64,000 nucleotides of DNA from Rickettsiales bacterium UBA4270 (GTDB lineage: Bacteria; Pseudomonadota; Alphaproteobacteria; Rickettsiales; Deianiraeaceae), in NCBI GenBank assembly GCA_002395105.1, contig DGWA01000011.1, positions 9,840 to 73,839 of the forward strand, in the 5' to 3' direction. A program made the position numbers and the translations under genes. The notes beneath the pieces were generated by a model. The model had not been told where the DNA came from and did not search any database. It saw only the letters and a program-made list of their open reading frames with translations. This document shows, in pieces, positions 46,432 through 55,082 of the stretch (its first letter is position 1; the number at the start of each line of letters is the position of its first letter).

Positions 46432-47901
46432 ATGAAAAAAAAACAAAAAAATACAGAAGATTATCTAAATCAAAAAAAAGAACAAAAAATTGCAAATCTT
46501 GCGAAAATAAAAATGAGATATTTCCTTAGAAAAGCATTTTCAATAATAAATCCAGCTACAAAAATTAAATGGAATTGGCACCTAAATTACTTGTGTGACA
46601 CACTAGAAGCTGTTGCAGAAGGAAAAATAAAACGGCTAATTATAAATATTCCACCTAGATATCTAAAATCAATAATTTGTTCGGTTAGTTTCCCAGCATG
46701 GATACTCGCAAAAGATCCTTCAAAAAGAATAATAGTCGCAAGTTATTCGAAAATTTTAGCAACAAAGCATTCACAAGATACAAGAATAATTATGCATTCA
46801 AATTGGTACAAAAAAAATTTTTACAAAACAGTAATTGCCGAAGGAAGAGACGAGAAAAATAAATTCTGTACAACTGAAAATGGATTTAGATTTTCTACAT
46901 CTGTAAATGGTACATTAACTGGAGAAGGTGGAGATATATTAATAGTTGATGATCCTCATAATCCAATCGGAATATATAATAAATCAAACAGAAAACGAAC
47001 AATAAATTGGTTTACTGGCGTCTTCTCTTCTCGTCTTAACGATAAAAATACAGGAGCAATTATAATAATAATGCAAAGACTGCACGTAGATGATCTATCT
47101 GGATACATTATATCAAAAAATACTGAAAATAATTGGTTTATAATAAATTTACCAGCAATCGCAGAGCAAGAAAAAAAATATTACCTATTTGATAAATTAT
47201 ATAAAATCCGTAAAGTTGGTGATATATTGCATCCTCTAATGGAAAAAAAAACAACATTAGATAATATAAAAAAAGACATAGGTGAATACAACTTTGAAGC
47301 ACAATACCAGCAAAATCCAGTAACATTAGATGGAAATATGATAAAAAAAGATTGGCTAAAATATTTTGATTTATCAGATAAAGAAAACATATTTAAAAAT
47401 GACAAAATAAACTATTGTATTAGTATTGATTGCGCCTCTGGACTTGGAACCGAAAATGATTTTACAGCAATAGCTGTTTTTGCAATTTTTAGTAATAAAT
47501 TTTACATATGCGATATGTATAGACTTAAAATTGCATATCCAGAATTAAAAATAAAAATTGAAGAAATAATCAATAAATACAAGCCAAATAACGTTTTAAT
47601 TGAGGATAAATCAAATGGTTCATCTATGATACAAGATCTACAACAAAAATATACAAATATTATACCAATTAAACCAACTAAATCTAAAGAATGTCGAGTT
47701 AATGATATACTAACAACCTTAGAAGCAGGACATATACTAATTGCAGACAAAGAAAAATGGACACAAGAATTAGAAATCGAATTGTTATCCTTTCCAGCAT
47801 GCAAACATGACGATCAAGTTGACGCAATATCGCAGTTTATAAACTGGTATAATTTAAGTAGAAAAAATGAAGTCAAACCTCCAAAAATAAGAAGAATATA
47901 A
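46432..47901 (+). CDS. Phage terminase large subunit-like protein (ATPase plus RNase H-fold nuclease)
   Basis: 'WNWHLNYLCDTLEAVAEGKIKRLIINIPPRYLKS' (Walker A-like), 'GGDILIVDDPHNP' (Walker B), 'QRLHVDDL', C-terminal nuclease acidic residues 'ISIDCASG...DFTAIAV', 'LIEDKSNG', 'HDDQVDA'. Confidence 0.8.
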   Translation: MKKKQKNTEDYLNQKKEQKIANLAKIKMRYFLRKAFSIINPATKIKWNWHLNYLCDTLEAVAEGKIKRLIINIPPRYLKSIICSVSFPAWILAKDPSKRIIVASYSKILATKHSQDTRIIMHSNWYKKNFYKTVIAEGRDEKNKFCTTENGFRFSTSVNGTLTGEGGDILIVDDPHNPIGIYNKSNRKRTINWFTGVFSSRLNDKNTGAIIIIMQRLHVDDLSGYIISKNTENNWFIINLPAIAEQEKKYYLFDKLYKIRKVGDILHPLMEKKTTLDNIKKDIGEYNFEAQYQQNPVTLDGNMIKKDWLKYFDLSDKENIFKNDKINYCISIDCASGLGTENDFTAIAVFAIFSNKFYICDMYRLKIAYPELKIKIEEIINKYKPNNVLIEDKSNGSSMIQDLQQKYTNIIPIKPTKSKECRVNDILTTLEAGHILIADKEKWTQELEIELLSFPACKHDDQVDAISQFINWYNLSRKNEVKPPKIRRI

Positions 47902-47909
47902 AATATATA

Positions 47910-48683
47910 TTATATACCTAACATTTTATTTTTAGCACATTCAATAATGCTTTTAATCCTTAAATCAGCATCAATGAAATTAATAGTTCTACTATATTGT
48001 AAAAGCTCTGGTTTTTTACATGTAGCTACAACTTTAAATTGTTTATTTCTATACTCACTAACAATATTTTGAATTATATTATCACAAGCACCAATTACGC
48101 CATTAAAAACTCCAACATTCAATGCATTATACCTATCTACTGCTGTACACTTTTGCGTAGCTTCAATCATAATCTCTGGATATTCAGCTACTTGCTCATG
48201 AACTGCGCCTGCAAGCAAATCAAGTCCAGGAAATACAGAATAGCCAATAAATTCATTGTCCACACATAATGAAAATGTAATTATTGTATCAAAATTTATA
48301 AACACTACATTGCTGCCGTATTTTTTATTGCAAGCATAGCAACCGGCAAAAATATCAACCGGTATATTTTCTATATTAATAGATTCATCATGTACGAATG
48401 GTATATCCTTATTTGAGATTATTATTGGCTCTATCTTAATATACGCTTTAAGAAATTCTTCAACTATATGATCAAATTTTGGAACATTACTCAAAATTGC
48501 AGCATGAGTTATCTCCGTTTTATTTACTTGTAAATAATCAAAAACATTTTTTATCTCAGTTGTATATTGATCGTCGGTTCTTTTATTTTGCGTAGATATA
48601 CTAAATTTTGAAACAATTTTTGCTTTATCATCTATCAATGCAAACTCAATTTCAGTTCCACTTATATTAACAGCAACAAACAT
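47910..48683 (-). CDS. Type III pantothenate kinase (CoaX)-fold protein with degenerate active-site motifs
   Basis: Collinear with PanK-III: 'VAVNISGT' (vs DxGNT), 'FINFDTIIT' (vs iDxGTAtT), 'VFPG', 'NALNVGVFNGVIG', 'VVATCK' (vs vvlTGG). Confidence 0.55.
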   Translation of the reverse strand: MFVAVNISGTEIEFALIDDKAKIVSKFSISTQNKRTDDQYTTEIKNVFDYLQVNKTEITHAAILSNVPKFDHIVEEFLKAYIKIEPIIISNKDIPFVHDESINIENIPVDIFAGCYACNKKYGSNVVFINFDTIITFSLCVDNEFIGYSVFPGLDLLAGAVHEQVAEYPEIMIEATQKCTAVDRYNALNVGVFNGVIGACDNIIQNIVSEYRNKQFKVVATCKKPELLQYSRTINFIDADLRIKSIIECAKNKMLGI

Positions 48684-48749
48684 AATACTAGTTATAAAGA
48701 GGCTTTTTTAAAAGTAAAGTGTATTTATTTTTTGAACTAATAATTTTTT

Positions 48750-48777
48750 TTGACATAGTACAAAAAAATTGTATAAT
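48750..48777 (+). promoter_or_regulatory. Consensus sigma70-type promoter TTGACA-N16-TATAAT
   Basis: TTGACA at 48750-48755 and TATAAT at 48772-48777, both perfect hexamers. The first ATG downstream is 48799. Confidence 0.5.
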
Positions 48778-48798
48778 ATTTTTGTAAAATATTTATAT

Positions 48799-50166
48799 AT
48801 GCCTGTAAAAAAAAGAAAAAAAAATAAAAATAAAGTTGCGTTAGATAATACGATGCTATCAAGTATTAACAATGCGCGTAAACAAAACGAACTCGAACAA
48901 GATATTGAATTCGAACAAAATAACGTGCAAAAAAAACAAAAAAATAGCGGTATTAGCTCTATTGGAAGCAAAATTACAATAGATGGAAAAGAATATGATC
49001 TTTCTAAAGATGGTGACATAGAAGAATTACAAGGTTATTACAATGGAAGCAGTCAAGAAAAACGTAGCGACATAAAATCAGAGGTGGAAAAATACTTAAA
49101 TGTTAAAATAAATAAACACAATTTAGTTGAATCTACCAGTGAAGATCAAAAATATTTCATCGAAAAAAATATTTTTGATAAATTATTTAACGGTAATGTA
49201 TTTGAAGAACTAAAATTAGTAAATAAGGTATCAGAGACAACGCATGCAGAAGAAGGATTAGCAAATGCTATTAAAACACTTAACAATAATAAAAGTAAAA
49301 AAATAAAAGACTTAAAAAACTATGAACGTAGTCGTTTTGAAGAATTTTTCAATCTTGTCGAATCAGACAGTTTAAAGGGTACTGGATTAAAAGAACAATT
49401 TATTAAAGACGCTGGAATGGAAAACAAAAAAGGTGGACAAATAAAAGAATATTTTTTCAGCAATTACACTGCAGCAGAGGGTGCAAAAATTATACATGGT
49501 TTCATAAACAAATACAGCAATGTATTAATGAATGAAAAAGATATAATTGAACATAACAAAACAACAATTGAAGACAGCACAAACGAAATAGAAGGCAATA
49601 GAAAAAAAATTGCCGAAGTAGTAAAACAAATAAATAACAGTTCTGAAAGTGATATAAAACAGATTGATCAATTATTTTCACTTGTCGAAAAGGCTAAAGA
49701 AGTAGACAAGAAAGAGCATCCTGTGGCATATTTTTTTTCAAAAATGTTTAGTTTTTTCGGCGCTGGTAATAATTATATGTCAAAAGATACAAAACAACTA
49801 AAGCAAGCACTAAGTAGTATTAGTTCAAAAATATTGAAAGACAGAATGACGATCAATGAACAAGTAACTAATACAAGCAATGATTTAATTAAAAAACAAC
49901 TTTCACTAGCAAACTGTTCGATTGCTAATTTAGATAAAAAATTATCATTAAATGGAATTTCAATCGATCAGAATAATAATGAACCAGGAAAAACAAAAAA
50001 TGAAATTAAGTTTAATGATGAAAAAATTCTTACAGAAAAAGATAATAGCAAAATATCGGAAAATATGCTAAAAATAATGGGAATAAAAGAAAAAAAAGAT
50101 AATGATTTTTCACAAAACATAAACAGTAAAGATTTTATTATTACTGGAAATGGAATTGCCATGTAA
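48799..50166 (+). CDS. Hypothetical K/N/E-rich protein (456 aa), no recognisable domain
   Basis: Long ORF. ATG 48799 ('MPVKKRKKNKNK...') is preferred over the alternative start at 48769, which overlaps the promoter -10. No signal peptide or transmembrane segment. Confidence 0.6.
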   Translation: MPVKKRKKNKNKVALDNTMLSSINNARKQNELEQDIEFEQNNVQKKQKNSGISSIGSKITIDGKEYDLSKDGDIEELQGYYNGSSQEKRSDIKSEVEKYLNVKINKHNLVESTSEDQKYFIEKNIFDKLFNGNVFEELKLVNKVSETTHAEEGLANAIKTLNNNKSKKIKDLKNYERSRFEEFFNLVESDSLKGTGLKEQFIKDAGMENKKGGQIKEYFFSNYTAAEGAKIIHGFINKYSNVLMNEKDIIEHNKTTIEDSTNEIEGNRKKIAEVVKQINNSSESDIKQIDQLFSLVEKAKEVDKKEHPVAYFFSKMFSFFGAGNNYMSKDTKQLKQALSSISSKILKDRMTINEQVTNTSNDLIKKQLSLANCSIANLDKKLSLNGISIDQNNNEPGKTKNEIKFNDEKILTEKDNSKISENMLKIMGIKEKKDNDFSQNINSKDFIITGNGIAM

Positions 50167-50178
50167 TATTCTCAATTC

Positions 50179-50208
50179 TTGCAATTAATTTTTTTAATAA
50201 ACTATATG
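50179..50208 (+). promoter_or_regulatory. Candidate promoter TTGCAA-N18-TATATG upstream of the HMG-CoA reductase gene
   Basis: TTGCAA at 50179-50184, TATATG at 50203-50208, ATG at 50221. Confidence 0.3.
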
Positions 50209-50220
50209 TTGTAAATTGCA

Positions 50221-51285
50221 ATGAAAAAATCTATTTCGAACACAATTATTCCTACAAAAATTATAGAAAATTTAAACGTAATATTCAATAAAAAACAAAG
50301 TGAAATTTGTGTTCCAATATCAACATACGAAAGTCCGTTATTTTTAAGCATTCAAAGAGGCGCAAATGTTTCAAAAATACACCCAATATCAGTTAATATT
50401 CTAAATGATTGCATGACAAGAAGTTCTATTATTCAATTTAAAAAAAACATAGATGTCAAAAAATTTATCGAAATAATCGATGATAACAATTTTCAGCAAA
50501 AAACAATACAAAAAATAATAAATAAAACAAGTAGACACTGTAAATTATTAAAAATTGAGCACCAAGTAATTGGTAATTTAGTTTACTTACGCTTTTCTTA
50601 CGATACAGATGAAGCTTCTGGACACAATATAACAACAATCGCAACAAATGAGGTATCTAAAATGCTAGTTGAAATTGCTAAAAAACATAATTTATTAGCA
50701 AAATACATATCAAATTCAGGAAATACATGTGTTGATAAAAAAAATAGTGCAATAAATTTCATTTCCGGGCGTGGAAAAAATGTTGTTGCCGAGATTGTAA
50801 TAAGCAACAAAACATGCAAAAAAATTCTTCACACGACATGTGAAAAAATATTTGAATTAAATAACAAAAAAAATCTTTTAGGTTCAATCTTGGCAGGCAG
50901 TTTATGTTCTGCAAATGCGCATTATGCAAACATGCTTGCAAGTATATTTCTTCCATTTGGACAGGACATAGCAAATATAGTCGAAGGTTCTCAGGGCATT
51001 ACATATTGTGAATTACAAGGAGAGAATTTATATTTTAGCGTAAATTTACCAAATATAATTTGTGGTTGTGTTGGAAATGGCAAAAATACAGATTTTGTAA
51101 AAAAAAATATGCAAATGGTAGGTTGTATAAATAAACAAAATAAACTTGTAAAAGATGCGAGCAAAATTCTTGCAGGAACTATTTGTGCAATAGTTTTATG
51201 CGGTGAACTATCTCTCCTTGCCGCTTTAACGAACGAAAATGAACTAGTTAAAAGTCATTTAATTCTCGAAAGAAAACATATTTAA
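50221..51285 (+). CDS. Class I-type HMG-CoA reductase catalytic domain (short, 354 aa)
   Basis: 'VPISTYESPLFLSIQRGANV' (vs VPmATtEGcLVAStnRG), 'DEASGHN' (vs DAMGmN), 'SGNTCVDKKNSAINFISGRGKNVVAE' (vs sGN.ctDKKpaA.NwieGRGKsVv), 'NAHYANMLASIFLPFGQD', 'CGELSLLAALTNENELVKSHLILER' (catalytic His region). Confidence 0.8.
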   Translation: MKKSISNTIIPTKIIENLNVIFNKKQSEICVPISTYESPLFLSIQRGANVSKIHPISVNILNDCMTRSSIIQFKKNIDVKKFIEIIDDNNFQQKTIQKIINKTSRHCKLLKIEHQVIGNLVYLRFSYDTDEASGHNITTIATNEVSKMLVEIAKKHNLLAKYISNSGNTCVDKKNSAINFISGRGKNVVAEIVISNKTCKKILHTTCEKIFELNNKKNLLGSILAGSLCSANAHYANMLASIFLPFGQDIANIVEGSQGITYCELQGENLYFSVNLPNIICGCVGNGKNTDFVKKNMQMVGCINKQNKLVKDASKILAGTICAIVLCGELSLLAALTNENELVKSHLILERKHI

Positions 51286-51342
51286 AAAAGCAAAAAAATT
51301 TTCCTTGATTTTTACATATATAATTATAATCGTTCTCTTGAT

Positions 51343-52365
51343 ATGAAAAAGATCAGTTGTTTTTTTATTTTATCATTAATACTATCAAGTTACAGCTGTA
51401 ATTCGTTATTTTCCGATACAAATATTCATCAAGAAGATAAAAAAATTGATAAAAATGAAAAAAGTAATTCAGTGAATTCAGTAGATAAAAATGAAAAAAA
51501 AAATAACATAGAACAAAAAAATAAAAAAGAAACTGTTTCGAAAAATAATCAAGAAAAACAGCAAAAAAATGCTAACGAAACAGAAGTAAATAAAACAGAG
51601 AAAGACAGCACAAATGACATTGTTAAAGAAACAAATATTAAAGAAACAAATAAAGATGATAATAATAATGAAATTGAAAAACCAAAAGATAAACAAAGTC
51701 AGAATTATCACATAGTAAAGGATGGTGAAAATATTTATAGAATTTCAAAAAAATACAATATAACGCATCAAGAATTAGTGCAATTAAATAACATTAAAAA
51801 TGATAATATATATATCGGTCAGAAATTAATATTACCAAAAAATGCTTTTCTAAAAGAAGACATTAACGATAATGAAAAAAATAATGAAAATGCAAAAAAT
51901 AAAAATCTAAACAATAAAACTGTTATCACGAATGATGTTCAAAATCAAAATTTAAATAAAAATCTTATAAATAAACTCGATCCGACAACTTTTATATGGC
52001 CATCTAGAGGTATAATTTTAACAAAATTTGGATATAAAACAAAAACAGGAAGATTAGAAGGTGTAAACATAGGTGGAGAAACAGGTTCAGTTGTTAGAGC
52101 TTCATCTTCTGGAACTGTTGTTTATAATAATACAATCGAAGGATACGACAATGTCATTATAATAAAACACTACAATGGTTTTATTACAGCTTACGGTTAT
52201 ACAGAACCAATTATTGTAATTGGTGACAAAGTAAAAAAAGGACAAATTATTGCATATATGAAAAAGAATAAGCAATCAAAAAGATCACAACTTTATTTTA
52301 CAATCAGAAAAGATGGAAAATCATACGATCCTGAAAAAATAATTCAAACAAAAATAAGCGATTAA
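51343..52365 (+). CDS. nlpD: LysM plus degenerate M23 (LytM) domain lipoprotein, NlpD-like
   Basis: Lipobox-like 'LILSSYSC'. Long K/N/E low-complexity linker. LysM 'YHIVKDGENIYRISKKYNITHQELVQLNNI...IYIGQKLILP'. C-terminal M23 fold 'GVNIGGETGSVVRASSSGTVVY...VIIIKHYNGFITAYGY...GDKVKKGQIIAYM', without a clear HxxxD metal motif. Confidence 0.8.
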   Translation: MKKISCFFILSLILSSYSCNSLFSDTNIHQEDKKIDKNEKSNSVNSVDKNEKKNNIEQKNKKETVSKNNQEKQQKNANETEVNKTEKDSTNDIVKETNIKETNKDDNNNEIEKPKDKQSQNYHIVKDGENIYRISKKYNITHQELVQLNNIKNDNIYIGQKLILPKNAFLKEDINDNEKNNENAKNKNLNNKTVITNDVQNQNLNKNLINKLDPTTFIWPSRGIILTKFGYKTKTGRLEGVNIGGETGSVVRASSSGTVVYNNTIEGYDNVIIIKHYNGFITAYGYTEPIIVIGDKVKKGQIIAYMKKNKQSKRSQLYFTIRKDGKSYDPEKIIQTKISD

Positions 52366-52410
52366 ACTATAAAAAATTTGTATATTTAGTTATAAAATAT
52401 ATAATTAAAT

Positions 52411-53460
52411 ATGCAATCACTAACGGCACTAAAATCGTTTCTTGAACCATTTGAAACATATTTCAACAGAGATGGAGTGACCGAAATAACAATAAATAAA
52501 CCATGCGAACTATGGGTTGAACAGTATGGAAATAGTAAACCGTACGTTGTTCCGTTATGTGATGCAAAACATCTTCGCAGCATGGCGTCACTGATTGCAC
52601 AATCGACCGAACAAATGATTGACGAAGAGCATCCATTACTTAGTGGAACGTTACCAAATGGTTATCGTGTTCAAATAGTTATTCCTCCTGCATGCGAAGC
52701 CGGACAAATAGCCTATTCAATAAGAAAACCATCTCCATTAAAATGGACGCTCGATGACTATGAAAATATGCACTGTTTTGATGATTGTGCTATAGAAAAA
52801 ACAGAAGACATAAACAATCAGATATTGTATGAATTATTAATGCAAAAGAGAATAAAAGAATTTTTAAAATATGCAGTTTTGTTTAGAAAAAACATAATTT
52901 GTTCAGGAGGAACATCTACTGGTAAAACAACATTCACAAACGCTATTTTAAGAGCCATACCAGAACAAGAAAGACTAATAACAATAGAAGATGCGCGAGA
53001 AATTGACTTATCAACACATAAAAATCATGTTCATCTTATTTGTTCAAAGGGAAAACAAGGAAGAGCAAATATAACAGCACAAGATTTAGTTGAAGTTTGC
53101 TTGCGTATGAGACCAGAAAGAATTATAGTTGGTGAATTACGTGGCGCCGAAGCATTTGGCTTTCTTAGGGCAATAAATACAGGTCATCCTGGTTCAATAT
53201 CAACACTGCATGCAGACACACCAACTATGGCAAAAGAACAATTAAAAATGATGGTAATGCAAGCCGGTCTTAGCATTCCACCAAGTGAAGTTACTAACTA
53301 TATAAATTCAGTCATTGATATAATAGTGCAATTAAAAAGAGGAGAAAATGGAGTTAGATTTGTTAGTGAAATATATTATAAACATAAACAGCATTTTGAT
53401 GATTTAAAAAAAAATGGATTATATAAATCTATAGATCTAAACAAGGAAATAAAACAATAA
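52411..53460 (+). CDS. virB11: Type IV secretion system ATPase VirB11
   Basis: 'LEPF...DGVTEITINKPCELWVE' N-terminal domain, Walker A 'SGGTSTGKTT', 'ITIEDAREI', 'RMRPERIIVGELRGAEAF.FLRAINTGHPGSISTLHA' (His box). Confidence 0.92.
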   Translation: MQSLTALKSFLEPFETYFNRDGVTEITINKPCELWVEQYGNSKPYVVPLCDAKHLRSMASLIAQSTEQMIDEEHPLLSGTLPNGYRVQIVIPPACEAGQIAYSIRKPSPLKWTLDDYENMHCFDDCAIEKTEDINNQILYELLMQKRIKEFLKYAVLFRKNIICSGGTSTGKTTFTNAILRAIPEQERLITIEDAREIDLSTHKNHVHLICSKGKQGRANITAQDLVEVCLRMRPERIIVGELRGAEAFGFLRAINTGHPGSISTLHADTPTMAKEQLKMMVMQAGLSIPPSEVTNYINSVIDIIVQLKRGENGVRFVSEIYYKHKQHFDDLKKNGLYKSIDLNKEIKQ

Positions 53461-53473
53461 ATTAATATATTAA

Positions 53474-54115
53474 TTATAAACCTAGTATAATACTCTTAAC
53501 ATTTGTTATCGCTAATAATATAATTACAAAACCAGCAATCTTATCCATTAAAGCAGCATTTTTACTAAATAACCACCAAAGTTTTAAAAAATAACAACAA
53601 AAAGCGATCAAAGCAAACGTAATAAAACTAATGAAAGGAACACATATAAGAAGACCTAGATAACCATACCAACTGCTAACATAACCATAAAACTGAGAAA
53701 TAACACTAATTATAACAGTTGCTATACCGAAATTAGAAAACGTATATAAAAAACCACTTTTATAAGCATCTAAAGCAAGTTTAGATGTACTCGGAGCATC
53801 TTCAAGAGAACATGTCTTTTTTTTAGTTGTCATCATCTTTATTCCAACACATAGTAAATACGACATACCAACAATTTGAGCATATTTAAACGCAGTTTGA
53901 TAATTATTCAAGACAGAACAAAAGAAAAAACCAATAATTGCAGAAATTCCATCGCTAGTCGCAACACCTAAAGCAGTAAAAAGACCCATTTTTAATGATT
54001 TATTTTCAATTGTATTTTTAGCAGTAATTACAAAAGAAACACCAGGTGATATATCAAACAAAAATAGCGTTATCATGTATACTACAATCCAAGATGAAAT
54101 TATACCTGTAAACAT
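53474..54115 (-). CDS. LysE/RhtB-family amino-acid exporter-like membrane protein
   Basis: 213 aa with about six hydrophobic helices. The N-terminal 'LFLFDISPGVSFVITAKNTI..........G..TALGVATSDGI' resembles the LysE-family PGP motif region. Confidence 0.5.
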   Translation of the reverse strand: MFTGIISSWIVVYMITLFLFDISPGVSFVITAKNTIENKSLKMGLFTALGVATSDGISAIIGFFFCSVLNNYQTAFKYAQIVGMSYLLCVGIKMMTTKKKTCSLEDAPSTSKLALDAYKSGFLYTFSNFGIATVIISVISQFYGYVSSWYGYLGLLICVPFISFITFALIAFCCYFLKLWWLFSKNAALMDKIAGFVIILLAITNVKSIILGL

Positions 54116-54247
54116 ACTCTTTTATAAGTATAATTGTAATTTGGTATTTTTTAAACGTCAAGTAATTTTATAACAAACAAAAATAATATTGAAAAATAAA
54201 TAATTTTTAGTTAAATATATCGTTTTTATATACATTCACATTATTAT

Positions 54248-54877
54248 ATGAAAAAAGCAAAAATGTTCATTTTTTTACATGGTTATAATTCAACTGGTGA
54301 TGAGATGAAAATTCTTGATAAACCTTTTCGTAAAATAGCGGCACAAAATTCTGTTTTTTTATATCCAGATGCTCCATTTAAAGTTAATAATAGTGATAAA
54401 TACTGCTGGTTTCAGTTCGTATTTGGGGACGATCCATCTCTAATAAATGAAGAATTTATCTCCCAAAGCATGCAACAAGCGATACCTTATTTAGAAAAGT
54501 TTATAAAACAAAATCTTGAAAAATATAAACAATTTACATATTCAGATGTAATTTTAATCGGTTTTTCACAAGGCGCAGGACTATCACTATATGCTTCAAT
54601 GAGATTACCAGAGCCAATATGTGGAGCTATATCTTTCTCAGGTGGAATAGCTAATCCAAATAATGAAATCTCTAAACCAAACATGAAAAAATCACCATTG
54701 CTACTAATTCATGGGGTAGACGATCAAATTTTGCCTTATCAATTTTCGATACGAAGCGAGAAAATGTTAAAAAAAGCTAATTTTAATGTAAATTGTCATA
54801 TTTTAAAAAATACAAAACATCTAATAACGCCAGAGGCTATAAACATAGCGGAAAATTTTTTGAAAAAAATCTGTTAA
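54248..54877 (+). CDS. Alpha/beta hydrolase, phospholipase/carboxylesterase family
   Basis: 'IFLHGYNSTGDEM', nucleophile elbow 'GFSQGAG', 'LLIHGVDDQILP', C-terminal His 'NTKHLI'. Confidence 0.75.
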   Translation: MKKAKMFIFLHGYNSTGDEMKILDKPFRKIAAQNSVFLYPDAPFKVNNSDKYCWFQFVFGDDPSLINEEFISQSMQQAIPYLEKFIKQNLEKYKQFTYSDVILIGFSQGAGLSLYASMRLPEPICGAISFSGGIANPNNEISKPNMKKSPLLLIHGVDDQILPYQFSIRSEKMLKKANFNVNCHILKNTKHLITPEAINIAENFLKKIC

Positions 54878-54942
54878 TATTTTGATAACAACTAAAACAA
54901 ATCTTGCAATTTATATTTTTTAATTCTTTTGTCTTTTATACT

Positions 54943-55018
54943 GGATGGTTAGCTCAGTTGGTAGAGCATCACCTTGACGTGGTGAGGGTCACAGGTTCGA
55001 GCCCTGTACCATCCACCA
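54943..55018 (+). tRNA. tRNA-Val, anticodon GAC, with encoded CCA
   Basis: Folded by hand. Acceptor GGATGGT/ACCATCC. D arm GCTC-agttggta-GAGC. Anticodon stem TCACC/GGTGA with loop ttGACgt. Variable loop gggtc. T arm ACAGG-ttcgagc-CCTGT. Discriminator A followed by CCA. It is a local GC-rich island in AT-rich DNA. Confidence 0.9.
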
Positions 55019-55082
55019 TTTACACATATAACTTGTAAATTATAAATTATAGTAATTTATGTTTCGTTAATTATTTGATTAT

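Noticed and set aside
52386-52583. 65-aa minus-strand ORF overlapping the virB11 start, plus similar short antisense ORFs within terminase, HMGR, NlpD, lpxC, ligA and others.
   Set aside because: They lie antisense to strongly supported conserved genes and have no motifs, so they are taken as spurious.
54904-54942. Promoter for tRNA-Val using TTGCAA (54904) and TATACT (54937-54942).
   Set aside because: The spacer would be 27 nt, and the -10 would abut the mature tRNA 5' end, leaving no room for a transcription start. No acceptable -35/-10 pair was found.
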